Translations under genes and position numbers: made by a program
Shown here: positions 25,452 through 34,761 of the stretch, one piece after another
Position numbering within the stretch: the first letter of the stretch is position 1
How the letters are laid out: every line of letters begins with the position of its first letter
NCBI GenBank assembly: GCA_964609125.1
Contig: CAZSQX010000009.1
Coordinates: forward strand, 33,887 to 97,886
Length of the DNA stretch: 64,000 bases
Reading direction: 5' to 3'
Origin: an uncultured bacterium
GTDB lineage: Bacteria > Eisenbacteria > RBG-16-71-46
Notes under the pieces: generated by a model
Database searches by the model: none
What the model was told of the DNA's origin: nothing
What the model saw: only the letters and a program-made list of their open reading frames with translations

Positions 25452-25702
25452 TGGGGATATCCAGAAGAGGGTGTGCGGCAACGGCTTCGACGGCCACGCT
25501 AGCAAGGGCCCGGACAGGGTTCAAGCAGGCTCTGTGCCATCCGACATCCCCGCATCGCGATTGGAGTTATCGGCAGGTGGCCGTCGGGACTTTCGTCCGG
25601 CGCGGCCGGCCCGGGACGCGGGCGTCCGGGCGCGGTCGGAGCGCCGCGCGGGCCGGGCGGCGGACTTGACCGCCGCGCGGTCTCCCCTCCCAATGCCGGA
25701 CC

Positions 25703-27739
25703 ATGATGCGGACCCCCGCACTTCCCCTGCTGGCGCTGGCGGCGACGGCCCTTGCCGGCTGCGCGACACCACGCCCGCGCGACTCCGCAGATGGGCCGCT
25801 GCTCGGGCCGGCGGACCCGTTCGCGGTCCGGACCGCCGCTCTCCTCTGGCCTGGGGCCTCGAGCGCGATCCTCCTCGGCGATCCGTCGCTCCGCGCCTCG
25901 GCCGGCCCCTACGCGCTCGAATGGCGCGGGCGCTGTGGTGGCGAGGCGATGCCCGCGGGGCGCTTCGGGCGCGGCGCACCGGGATCGCCCAACGTGCGTT
26001 GGCGCGGCGACGCCGCGCGCGCCACGTGGCGGATGGAGCTCGCGCCGGTCGCCGTCGAGGTCGGCGGCGCGACGCACCTGCTCGCCTCGATCGAGCTCAC
26101 GGTCGAGGCGCACTCGGAGTCGCCGGAGCCGGTCGAGCTCGTGACCGCGCTCCGCCCCGATTCGGCGTTCCCCGTTCCGTCGCGCGGGCCCGAGCCGCCG
26201 GCGGCGCTGCGCTGGCGCGGGAGCGGCTCCGTCGCGAAGGGACCCGAGGCGCCGGAGGGGGGCGAGCTGCGGCTCACCAGCAGCACCGCGCGCGGCCGGC
26301 CGCTGCGCTGGAGGTTCCTGCTCGCGGCCTCCCCGCTCGCCGCCGGGCGCCTGGCGGAGACGTGGCGAAGGAGCCACGCCGACTGCGCCGCGCGCGCGGA
26401 ACGCGAGTGGGCCGCGATGCTGGCGCCCGCCGCCAGGCTCCGGCTCGGCGATGCGGCGCTCGAGTTGGCGGTGGCCGAAGCGCTGCTCGTGCTCGCGGGC
26501 TCGAGCGAGCGGGTGGACGGCGAACTGCGCTCGATCGGCAATCCGTTCCAGTACCGGGACACCTGGCTGCGAGACGCCGCGCGCCAGGCGAGCGCGCTCG
26601 CGCAGTGGGGCCTGCTTGGAACCGCGCGTGAGCTGGCGGCGGACCTGCTGCGTTTCCAGGGGAACGACGGTGCGGTCCTGAGCCAGCCCGGCCAGCCGGA
26701 CGGGACGGGGCAGGCGATGTGGGCGTTGGACGAGGTGTACGGACGCGACGCGGGCACCGCCGTCCCGGAATCGCTGGCTCTGGCCGCGGCCCGGGCATGG
26801 CGCTGGTGCGAGGCCCGGCGGGCGCTCGTCCGCGAGCGCGCTCCGGGGTTCGCCAACCTCATGCCGCCCGCCGATCCGCGCGACAACGAGCTGGCGGCCG
26901 GCTATCTCTTCGGCACGGACGCGTGGACGCTCGCAGGCTTTCGCGCCGGCGCCGCGCTCCTGGCGCGCGCCGGCCGGCCGTCGACCGCGGACTCGGTGCG
27001 CCGCGCGGCCGGCGCGTACGCGGCGAGCCTCGAGGCGCGCGCCGCGCGCGAGGGCGGCGTGCCCGCCCGCTGGTCGGGCCCCGCCCGCGACTGGGGCAAC
27101 TTCACCGCCCTTTTCCCCACCCGTGCGCTGCCCGCCGCGGCCGTGGCCCGCGCGCGTCTGCTCCCGGCCATCGACCACGCCGGACCGGGCGCGGGCCTCG
27201 CCCACTACGGCACGCGCGACACGCTGCACCTCTATCTCGGCGCCGATCTCGCCCTCGACGCGCTGCTCCTCGGCCGGCCGGAGCTGTGGCGTGGCTCGCT
27301 CGCCTCGATGCTCGCCGCGCGCACGGGCACCGGCGGGCTCCCCGAGATGTACTGCGTCTCCACGCGCGCGTTCGGCTGGAACCTGCCGCCGCACGCGACC
27401 TCGGCGGCGGCGCTGCTCGTCCAGGTGCGCCAGGGCCTCGTGTTCGACGCCTTCGGCGACACGCTGCGGCTGACACTCGGCACGCTCCCGGCCTGGTGGG
27501 AGCACGGCTCGAGGCTCGAGCGCGCGCCCACCCGCTGGGGACCGCTGGACCTGGACTTCCGGCGCACCGGCGACCGCGTCTCGTGGCGGTGGACGGCGGT
27601 CCCGGTCCCCACCTTGCTCGCGCTCCCGCCCGGGGCGCGCCGCGTGCCGGCGCCGGGCGACACCACGGCCGGCGGCGAGAGGCACATCGTCCTGCCCGCG
27701 GGACGGGACCGCGCGGAGGTGACGTGCCGGTTCGACTGA
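25703..27739 (+). CDS. lipoprotein with (alpha/alpha)6-barrel glycoside-hydrolase-like domain (GH15/GH63-like)
   Basis: MMRTPALPLLALAATALAGCAT (lipobox). FQYRDTWLRDAARQASALAQWG resembles the glucoamylase-family WxRD segment. 678 aa. Confidence 0.5.
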   Translation: MMRTPALPLLALAATALAGCATPRPRDSADGPLLGPADPFAVRTAALLWPGASSAILLGDPSLRASAGPYALEWRGRCGGEAMPAGRFGRGAPGSPNVRWRGDAARATWRMELAPVAVEVGGATHLLASIELTVEAHSESPEPVELVTALRPDSAFPVPSRGPEPPAALRWRGSGSVAKGPEAPEGGELRLTSSTARGRPLRWRFLLAASPLAAGRLAETWRRSHADCAARAEREWAAMLAPAARLRLGDAALELAVAEALLVLAGSSERVDGELRSIGNPFQYRDTWLRDAARQASALAQWGLLGTARELAADLLRFQGNDGAVLSQPGQPDGTGQAMWALDEVYGRDAGTAVPESLALAAARAWRWCEARRALVRERAPGFANLMPPADPRDNELAAGYLFGTDAWTLAGFRAGAALLARAGRPSTADSVRRAAGAYAASLEARAAREGGVPARWSGPARDWGNFTALFPTRALPAAAVARARLLPAIDHAGPGAGLAHYGTRDTLHLYLGADLALDALLLGRPELWRGSLASMLAARTGTGGLPEMYCVSTRAFGWNLPPHATSAAALLVQVRQGLVFDAFGDTLRLTLGTLPAWWEHGSRLERAPTRWGPLDLDFRRTGDRVSWRWTAVPVPTLLALPPGARRVPAPGDTTAGGERHIVLPAGRDRAEVTCRFD

Positions 27740-28275
27740 CGCGCTTCGCGCTCGTGGGCCTGATGGCGCTGGTCCTGGCGAGCGGGTGCGGCGCGGGCGG
27801 GACCTCGCCGGCCCTCGTCGAGCGGCCCTCGGGCGATCCGCGCCGGGACTTCGCCCGTGCCGTGGCGCTCCAGCGCGAGGGTCAGCACTGGCGGAGCGTC
27901 GAGTTCTTCCGCGCCGCCGCGCAGGCCGATCCGGCCTCGGCGCTGCTCCAGGTCGAGCTGGGCAAGGCGCTCCACAACGCGAGCATCCAGATGGACTTCT
28001 CCGGCCGCGCCGTGCGCTTCGTCGTGGGCCGGAGCCAGGACCGCGCGCGGCTCCGGCACGAGGCGCTCGCGGCGCTCGAGCGCGGGGCGGCGCTCGCTCC
28101 CGGGCCCGGCGAGCAGGTCGCCGCGTGGCTCGCGCATGCGCGCGTCCTGGAGCTGGCCGGTGACGTCGCCGGCGCACTGCTGAGCGTGGAGCGCGGGCTC
28201 GAGTCCGCGCCGGGCACGCCGGCGCTCCTGGGCGCGCGGGCCCGGCTGCTCGACCGCCTGCGGGCGGGCCGTTGA
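27724..28275 (+). CDS. small TPR-like lipoprotein
   Basis: GTG start gives VPVRLTRFALVGLMALVLASGCGAG (lipobox LASGC), followed by helical TPR-like repeats (QREGQHWRSVEFFRAAAQADPASALLQVELGKAL...). Overlaps the previous gene by 16 nt. Confidence 0.55.
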   Translation: MPVRLTRFALVGLMALVLASGCGAGGTSPALVERPSGDPRRDFARAVALQREGQHWRSVEFFRAAAQADPASALLQVELGKALHNASIQMDFSGRAVRFVVGRSQDRARLRHEALAALERGAALAPGPGEQVAAWLAHARVLELAGDVAGALLSVERGLESAPGTPALLGARARLLDRLRAGR

Positions 28276-28337
28276 GGGAAGCCCTGCCGATGGAAGCCCG
28301 GTTTGTTCGTGCGCGGCGCTCGCGGCTAGCATGCGGC

Positions 28338-29744
28338 ATGGTCCGACTCCCGATCGCCCTGCTCGTGCTCGCGTGCGTCCTGTCCGCGAGCCCCCCGCGC
28401 GCCCAGGCCGCCCCCAAAGCGGCCGCCCGGGCAGCCGCGAAGCCGGCCGCCTGGAAGCCCGCGGTGCCGTTCATCGAGGACGACTTCGGCGGCGCGCTTG
28501 CGCTCGCGAAGGAGCGGAAGCTGCCCGTGTTCATCGAGGGCTGGGCGCCCTGGTGACACTCGTGCCGGTCGATGAGGGCCTACGTCTGGACCGACAGGTC
28601 CCTCACGCGGCACGCCGGACGGTTCGTCTGGCTCAGCCTCGACTTCGAGAAGACGAAGAACGCACGCGCGCGCCGGAAGCTCGGGATCAGCGCGTTCCCA
28701 ACGCTCTACGTGGTGGACCCCGCCGACACGCACGTGGTGATCCGCTGGCTGGGGGGCGCCTCGCTGCCCCAGCTCGAGCGGCTGTTCGACGACGGTGAGC
28801 TGGCGGTGAAGGGCGGCGCCCGCGGCCCCGCGCTCGAGGCGCTGATGGCCGCCCACCGGGCCTACGGCGCCGAGCGCCACGCCGAGGCGTGCGGGCACTA
28901 CGTGCGCGCGCTCTCGCTCGCCCCCGAGGACTGGCCCGGGTACCCGCTCGCGGTCGAGTCGCTGATGTTCGCGTACATGCAGGCGGACTCCGCGGAGCCG
29001 AGCGTGCGGCTCGCCGACACCGCGTGGCCGCGGCTCCGGCGAACGCCGTCGGCGGCGATCGTGGCGAGCCTCGCGCTCGACGCCGCGGTGGAACTGCCCG
29101 ACTCGGCGCCCGGCCGCCGCAACTGGCTCTCGCGCTACGAGGCCGCCTGCCACGAGGTGCTGCAGGAGGAAGCGGGCGTGCTGCTCGCGGACGACCGTTC
29201 GGGAGTGTTCTTCTCGCTCGAGGCCGCGCGCGAGGCGGTGGGCGACTCGGCCGGGCTCCTGACACTGCGCGAACGCCATCTCGCCATGCTCGAGGCCGAG
29301 GCCGACCGTGCGGAGGAACCCGAGAAGCGCGCCGTCTACGACTCGCACCGGCTCACGCTCTACCTGGAGCTCGGGCGACCGGAGAAGGCGATCCCCATGC
29401 TGGAGCGATCGCAGCGCGACTTCCCCGGCGATTACAACCCGCCGCAGCGGCTGGCCACCGCCTACAAGGCGATGAAGCGGTGGCCCGAGGCGCTGGCCGC
29501 CTCGACCGAGGCCATGAGCCGCGCCTACGGCCCGCGCCAGTTCCTCGTGTTCAACACGCGCGCCGACATCCAGCTCGGGATGGCCGACACGCTCGCCGCC
29601 CGGCAGACACTCGTCACCGCGCTCGCGTTGGCGGAGAAGATGCCGGAGGGCCTGAAGAGCGCGAGCACGATCCGCTCGCTCAAGGCGCGGCTGGAGAAGC
29701 TGGGCGTGAAGCCCGGAAGCGCAAAGGCGGACGCGGCGCGTTAG
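28338..29744 (+). CDS. secreted thioredoxin-fold (Thioredoxin_7-like) + TPR protein with in-frame TGA at the first redox cysteine (candidate selenoprotein, UxxC)
   Basis: Two track ORFs (28272..28556 and 28572..29744) are in the same frame, separated only by TGA at 28554-28556. The read-through product is ...KLPVFIEGWAPW-[TGA]-HSCRSMRAYVWTDRSLTRHAGRFVWLSLDFEKTKNARARRKLGISAFPTLYVVD..., i.e. the WAxW-CxxC thioredoxin motif with TGA exactly at the first Cys. Signal peptide MVRLPIALLVLACVLSASPPRAQA. C-terminal TPR-like helices. Confidence 0.55.
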
Positions 29745-29769
29745 GAAACCGTTGCTCAATCCGTCTGAG

Positions 29770-30315
29770 CTACGGGGCCACGGGGGGGCCGCCGCCCTGA
29801 GCGGCCTCGCGCCTGGACCGGAACCACGCCCCGGGCCGGTGTGTGGCCGCGAGGAACGTGCCGATCCCCACGGACGCGAGGAGGTTGGCGACCGCCACCG
29901 GGAGCACGCCGATCCGCTGGAGAACGCCCGGGATCGCCACCGAGGCGCCGGTCCAGAACGCGACCTCCAGCGCCACGAACACGAGCCCGATCACGAGCAC
30001 CGGGTGGCGCGAGCGCATCTCGGCCTGGTGCGTGATCCACGACAGCACGAGCCCGAGCAGGCCGAAGGCGACGAGATGGACGACGGTGAACCTGGCCACC
30101 GCCGGCATGCTCACGCCCTGGACCGTGTCGGCCCGGAGCCCTTCGAAGAGCACGCTGCCCATGAGGGAGGGCGTGAAGAACGCGTCGCCGCGCGTGAGCA
30201 CATCGTAGACGAGGAAGAAGAGGGCGACGATGCCCCCGCCCACGCCGGCGATGTAAAGCGCGTCGTAGATGTGGTCCCCGGCCGTGTGCTTCGGTCGATC
30301 GCTCGGTTCATGCAT
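29770..30315 (-). CDS. hypothetical integral membrane protein (4-5 TM helices)
   Basis: MHEPSDRPKHTAGDHIYDALYIAGVGGGIVALFFLVYDVL...VVHLVAFGLLGLVLSWITH...VLVIGLVFVALEVAFWTGASVAIPGVL. Strong RBS AGGAGG. Divergent from the ArsR-rhodanese gene. Confidence 0.6.
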   Translation of the reverse strand: MHEPSDRPKHTAGDHIYDALYIAGVGGGIVALFFLVYDVLTRGDAFFTPSLMGSVLFEGLRADTVQGVSMPAVARFTVVHLVAFGLLGLVLSWITHQAEMRSRHPVLVIGLVFVALEVAFWTGASVAIPGVLQRIGVLPVAVANLLASVGIGTFLAATHRPGAWFRSRREAAQGGGPPVAP

Positions 30316-30501
30316 GGTGACCTCCTGCGGATGGGCGGCCCACGCACAGCATAGACCCTGCGCCGTTCCCCGGCTGCCGCCCACCGGGCCGCAGCCGTCG
30401 CGGCCGTGCAAAGCCACGGCGGTCAGGTCGCTCGGGACCCGAGGAGACGGGACGGTCCAGACGCCTCCCGGGCATTTCGTGGCTCGCGCGAGGCGAGGGA
30501 C

Positions 30502-30546
30502 TTGACGCCGGGTTCGCGAGGCACGACTATTCAAACGTTCGTTTGA
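30502..30546 (+). promoter_or_regulatory. promoter with inverted-repeat operator upstream of the ArsR-rhodanese gene
   Basis: TTGACG (30502-30507)-N17-GACTAT, followed by the inverted repeat TCAAACG-tt-CGTTTGA (30531-30546) ending 6 nt before the ATG at 30553. This is the geometry typical of ArsR/SmtB autoregulatory operators. Confidence 0.45.
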
Positions 30547-30552
30547 TAAGAG

Positions 30553-31359
30553 ATGGATCCCGGAACCCGGACCATGCCTGTAGCGACCCCGAAGCAGAGG
30601 CTGTACGCCGAGCTCGCCCGACTCGGCCGGGCGCTCGCGAGCCCGCAGCGGCTGGAGCTGCTCGAGCTCCTCGCCCAGGGCGAGCGGTCCGTGGAGGCGC
30701 TCGCGAACGTCGTGGACCTTCCGCTCGCGAACGTGTCGCATCACCTGCAGGTTCTCCGGCGGTCCGGGCTGGTCGAAGGTCGCCGGCAGGGCCTGTTCGT
30801 GCACTACCGGCTCGCCGGTGACGAAGTGTTCGACCTGCACCGGCTGCTCGCGAAGGTCGGCCGCCGGCGTCTCGGCGCGATGGACTCGATCGTGCGTCGC
30901 TACCTCGAGGGGCGGGACGGCCTCGAGCCCGTCGGCCGGTCCGAGCTCCTCCGTCGCGTGCGAGCGGGCTCGGTCACGGTGATCGACGTGCGGCCCGCGG
31001 AGGAGTTCGCGGCCGGCCACGTCCCGGGAGCGATCTCACTACCGCTGGAGGATCTCGAGGCGGGTCTCCGGCGCCTGCCCCCGAGGCGTCCGATCGTCGC
31101 CTACTGCCGCGGGCCCTACTGCGTGATGGCGTTCGAGGCGGTGCGCCGGCTCCGGGCGCGGGGCCTGGACGCGCGCCGGCTCGAGGAGGGATTCCCCGAG
31201 TGGCGCGCCGAGGGGCTGCCGGTCGCCGTGGGCGATTCCCCGGTCGCGGCGGGCGCCGGTTCCCGCGGGCTGCCTGCGCGTCGAACGCGCCCCCGCGCCG
31301 GGGGCGGCCGTCTCCCGACCGCGCGCGTCGCACGCTCCACACCGAGGACCGGCTCATGA
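30553..31359 (+). CDS. ArsR-family HTH transcriptional regulator fused to a rhodanese (sulfurtransferase) domain
   Basis: N-terminal LELLELLAQGERSVEALANVVDLPLANVSHHLQVLRRSGLV (ArsR HTH). C-terminal rhodanese with the active-site loop AYCRGPYC (catalytic Cys). The stop overlaps the next gene (ATGA). Confidence 0.8.
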   Translation: MDPGTRTMPVATPKQRLYAELARLGRALASPQRLELLELLAQGERSVEALANVVDLPLANVSHHLQVLRRSGLVEGRRQGLFVHYRLAGDEVFDLHRLLAKVGRRRLGAMDSIVRRYLEGRDGLEPVGRSELLRRVRAGSVTVIDVRPAEEFAAGHVPGAISLPLEDLEAGLRRLPPRRPIVAYCRGPYCVMAFEAVRRLRARGLDARRLEEGFPEWRAEGLPVAVGDSPVAAGAGSRGLPARRTRPRAGGGRLPTARVARSTPRTGS

Positions 31360-31706
31360 AGACGCTCCTGATCCTGAACGACCCACCGTACGGGTCGGAG
31401 CGGTCCTACAACGGACTTCGGCTCGCGGGCTCGCTCGCCAGGCGGGAGGGTGAAGAGGTCCGCGTGTTCCTGATGGGCGACGCGGCGGCCTGCGCCCGGT
31501 CCGGGCAGAAGGTGCCGTCCGGCCACTACTGCATCCAGACCATGCTGGCCGCGGTCACACGACACGGCGGCCGGGTCGGTGTCTGCGGGACCTGCATGGA
31601 TGCCCGCGGACTCGTGGACGCGGACCTCGTCGAGGGAGCCCACCGGAGCAGCATGGACGAACTCACGGCGTGGACGCTCGAGGTGGACCGCACGCTCGTC
31701 TTCTGA
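31356..31706 (+). CDS. DsrE/DsrF-like (TusD-like) sulfur-relay family protein
   Basis: 116 aa: MKTLLILNDPPYGSERSYNGLRLAGSLARREGEEVRVFLMGDAAACA...GVCGTCMDARGL is the DsrE-fold pattern with conserved Cys. RBS GAGGA. Confidence 0.7.
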   Translation: MKTLLILNDPPYGSERSYNGLRLAGSLARREGEEVRVFLMGDAAACARSGQKVPSGHYCIQTMLAAVTRHGGRVGVCGTCMDARGLVDADLVEGAHRSSMDELTAWTLEVDRTLVF

Positions 31707-31719
31707 CCGAGGTGCTCGC

Positions 31720-32880
31720 ATGAACGGGAACGGAAGCACGGTCCTGGTCCTGGGCGGCGGCGTGGGCGGCGTCGTGGCGGCCCGCGAGCTGCGCCGGCGG
31801 CTGCCGCGGCGTCACCGGGTCGTGCTGATCGAGCGCGGCACGGCCTTCTCCTTCGCCCCCTCCTACCTCTGGGTGCTGACCGGTGCGCGCACGGCGGCCG
31901 GCATCACGCGGCCGCTGTCGCGGCTGGCCCGCCACGGCATCGAGGTGGTCCAGGGCGAGATCGAGCGCATCGATGCCGGCCGACGAAGCGTCTCGGTCGG
32001 CGGCCGGACCCTGCACGGGGACCATCTCGTGGTGGCGCTCGGGGCCGAGTTCGCTCCCGAGACGATCCCGGGCCTCGCCGAGTCGGGCGCGAACCTCTAC
32101 GACCTCGAGGGGAGCGAACGCATCCGGGACGCGCTCTCCACCCTCCGGGGCGGGCGGCTCGCGCTGCTCACGGCGACACCCGCCTACCGCTGCCCGGCCG
32201 CGCCCTACGAGGCCGCGATGCTCATCGAGTCCGTGCTGCGACGCCGGGGCGTCCGCGACCGGGTGCGACTGGACTTCTACGCCGCGGAGCCCGGGCCCAT
32301 GGGCGTGGCCGGACCGGACGTGTCGCGCGCGGTCCGGGGCATGATCGAGGCGAAGGGTGTGACGTATCATCCGGGGCTCCAGGTCCGGAGCGTGGACCCC
32401 GGGCAGCGTGTGCTCCGCTTCGAGGACGGCACGACGGCGGAGTTCGACCAGCTGGTCTACGTCCCGCCGCACCGCGCGCCGAGGGTCGCGCGCGAGTCCG
32501 GGCTCGTCGGTCCGAGCGGGTGGATGCAGGTGGACCGGCATCTCCTCACGACGGAGCACGAAGGGGTCTGCGCCATCGGTGACGTGGTCTCCATCCCGCT
32601 GCAGATGGGGAAGCCCCTCCCGAAGGCGGGCGTGTTCGCGCATGCCGAGGCCATCGTGGTCGCGAGGAACATCGCCCGGACGATCACGGGGCGGGGCGAG
32701 CCGGCGAGCTTCGACGGCCATGGCGAGTGCTTCGTCGAGGTCGGGGACTCGCGGGCCGGATTCGGCAGGGGGAACTTCTATGCGGAGCCGGCACCGCAGG
32801 TGCGGCTCCACCCGCCCGGCCGCTGGTGGCACCTCGGCAAGCTGGCGTTCGAGCAGTACTGGCTGCGGCGCGTGCTGTAG
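31720..32880 (+). CDS. sqr: sulfide:quinone oxidoreductase-like FAD-dependent pyridine nucleotide-disulfide oxidoreductase
   Basis: MNGNGSTVLVLGGGVGGVVAAREL (FAD GxGxxG), Cys-containing YRCPAAPYE and HGECFVEVGD segments. 386 aa. Co-oriented with the ArsR-Rhd and DsrE genes. Confidence 0.75.
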   Translation: MNGNGSTVLVLGGGVGGVVAARELRRRLPRRHRVVLIERGTAFSFAPSYLWVLTGARTAAGITRPLSRLARHGIEVVQGEIERIDAGRRSVSVGGRTLHGDHLVVALGAEFAPETIPGLAESGANLYDLEGSERIRDALSTLRGGRLALLTATPAYRCPAAPYEAAMLIESVLRRRGVRDRVRLDFYAAEPGPMGVAGPDVSRAVRGMIEAKGVTYHPGLQVRSVDPGQRVLRFEDGTTAEFDQLVYVPPHRAPRVARESGLVGPSGWMQVDRHLLTTEHEGVCAIGDVVSIPLQMGKPLPKAGVFAHAEAIVVARNIARTITGRGEPASFDGHGECFVEVGDSRAGFGRGNFYAEPAPQVRLHPPGRWWHLGKLAFEQYWLRRVL

Positions 32881-33082
32881 GCAGGAGCGGGCGTCGAGCC
32901 TCTCACGCGCGGGCCGCCGAGAACACGAGCGGCGCCCGGGCGGTCCACGCCCGCGACCCGGGCGCCCCGGAACTCCCGCGCGACGGCGATCGCCGCGCCG
33001 AGCGCGGCCACGGTGGCGAGGCCGCCGGGCTTCCCGTGGAGACGCATACGGGCTCCTCCGGAGTCCCGCGGAGCCCGCCCCG

Positions 33083-34054
33083 CTACCCCGCCCGCAGGCA
33101 GTCGTGCAGGTGCAGCACGCCGAGCGGGGCGCGACGCTCGTCCACGACGACCAGCGCGGTGATGGGGCCCTGGGGGCGATCCTCCATCACGCGTACCGCG
33201 GTCGCGACCAGCTCCTCCGGGCCGATGGTCGAGGGGGTGCGCGACATGACGTCGGCGGCGGCGAGGCCCCAGGGATCGGCGTTCCGGAGCAGGATGCGCT
33301 TGAAGTCGCCGTCGCTCACCACGCCGGCGAGCGCGCCGTCGGCGGCGAGCACGGTGGTGATGCCGAGGCGCTTGTCCATGATCTCGAGCATCACGTCGCG
33401 GAGCTTCGTGGCCTCGAACACGCGCGGCAGCGTGTCGCCGCCGTGCATCAGCTCGCGCACGCGGCGCGACGCGGCGCGGCCGATGACGCCGCCGGGGTGC
33501 AGGTAGCGGAAGTCCTCCGGCTTGAATCCGCGGAGCTGCATCAGCGCCACGGCGAGGCAGTCGCCCACCACCTGCGTGAGCGTGACGCTGGTCGTGGGCG
33601 TCAGGTCCATGGGGCACGCTTCCGTGACCGGCCCCAGCACGATGGCGGCGGCGCTTCGCCTGGCGAGCGGCGAGCCGGGCTGCGAGACCACGGCCACGAC
33701 CGGGATGCCGAGGCGCTCGACGTAGGGCAGCAGCGCCAGCAGTTCCTCGGTGGCGCCGCTCTTCGAGAGGAACAGCCCCGCGTCGCCGCGCGCGAACAGG
33801 CCGGCGTCGCCGTGGAGCGCGTCGGCCGGGTGCAGGAACACGGCGGGCGTGCCGGTGCTCGTGAGCGTGGCGGCGATCTTCTGGCCGATCAGCCCGCTCT
33901 TCCCCACGCCCGAGACCACGATCTTGCCGCGGCAGTCGGCGAGCGTCTCCACCGCCTTCGTGAAGTCGGCGCCGAGGCGCGACTCGAGCGCGGCCACCGC
34001 CGCCGCCTCGACGCGCACCACCTCGCGGGCCAGCTCGAGCGGATCCTGCTTCAT
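33083..34054 (-). CDS. kdsD: arabinose-5-phosphate isomerase (KpsF/GutQ family, SIS + tandem CBS)
   Basis: ...KIVVSGVGKSGLIGQKIAATLTSTGTPAVFLHPADALHGD... SIS domain, then CBS pair (VMSRTPSTIGPEELVATAVRVMEDR...). ATG at 34054. Confidence 0.88.
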   Translation of the reverse strand: MKQDPLELAREVVRVEAAAVAALESRLGADFTKAVETLADCRGKIVVSGVGKSGLIGQKIAATLTSTGTPAVFLHPADALHGDAGLFARGDAGLFLSKSGATEELLALLPYVERLGIPVVAVVSQPGSPLARRSAAAIVLGPVTEACPMDLTPTTSVTLTQVVGDCLAVALMQLRGFKPEDFRYLHPGGVIGRAASRRVRELMHGGDTLPRVFEATKLRDVMLEIMDKRLGITTVLAADGALAGVVSDGDFKRILLRNADPWGLAAADVMSRTPSTIGPEELVATAVRVMEDRPQGPITALVVVDERRAPLGVLHLHDCLRAG

Positions 34055-34213
34055 GGCGACGCCTCGTTTCACCTGGGACAACTCAGCCTCCCCGGCAGTG
34101 GGACCTTCGCCACCCTAGCGCCATCGGGCGCGCCGCGCACGGCCCGCGACGCCCGGGCCGGGTTTCCCGGCGCGACGCCCGGCCGTCGGCAGGCATGGCA
34201 CGCGGCCCCGCGC

Positions 34214-34756
34214 TCACACGGCCTCGTAGCGCTCCAGCACCTTCCGCCACGTGCCGTTGTGCCGCAGCACGCGCTCCACCGCCTCGCGCACGGCGCCGAA
34301 GCCGGCGCGCGCCTCGGTCACGGTGCGCGCGACGCGGATCACCTGCGGCGAGGCGTCGGCCACGGCGATGGGCCAGCCGACCCGCTTCATGAGCGGCACG
34401 TCGGGAAGGTCGTCGCCCACCATGGCGCACTCCTCCCAGCGCACGCCCTCGCGCGCCAGCACCTGCTCGGCGAGCGCGACCTTGTCCTTCACGCCCAGGT
34501 GGTGCTCGAGGTTGAGGTCATGCATGCGCGCGGCCACCGCCAGCGAGTCGCGGCCGCTGATCACCACCGGGCGCACGCCCAGTTCGCGCGCCCACTCGAG
34601 CGCGAGACCGTCGCGCACGTAGAAGTTCCGGTGATCGCCGGTCCGGGCGAACCCGATGACTCCGTCGGTGAGCGTGCCGTCCACGTCCAGGAACAGCACG
34701 CGCACCGGTGTGGCGTCGGGCGCGTCGGGGGCGGACGGACGTTCGGCGGGCGGCAT
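34214..34756 (-). CDS. kdsC: 3-deoxy-D-manno-octulosonate 8-phosphate phosphatase (HAD family)
   Basis: VRVLFLDVDGTLTDG (HAD motif I), ...MVGDDLPDVPLMKRVGW (motif III). 180 aa. Confidence 0.85.
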   Translation of the reverse strand: MPPAERPSAPDAPDATPVRVLFLDVDGTLTDGVIGFARTGDHRNFYVRDGLALEWARELGVRPVVISGRDSLAVAARMHDLNLEHHLGVKDKVALAEQVLAREGVRWEECAMVGDDLPDVPLMKRVGWPIAVADASPQVIRVARTVTEARAGFGAVREAVERVLRHNGTWRKVLERYEAV

Positions 34757-34761
34757 GGCGC

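Noticed and set aside
25499-28534. Very long ORFs on the opposite strand or alternate frames of real genes (for example 25499..28534 - 1011 aa, 2564..5332 - 922 aa, 2740..5616 + 958 aa, 5756..7786 - 676 aa)
   Set aside because: They are Arg/Ala/Pro/Gly-rich low-complexity translations typical of stop-codon-poor frames in 70% GC DNA, and they overlap well-supported genes (hppA, lipoproteins, hydrolase).
28557-28620. Confident SECIS assignment for the Sec-candidate
   Set aside because: Several alternative hairpins can be drawn downstream of the TGA, and none can be verified by eye as a bona fide bacterial SECIS. Left as a check.
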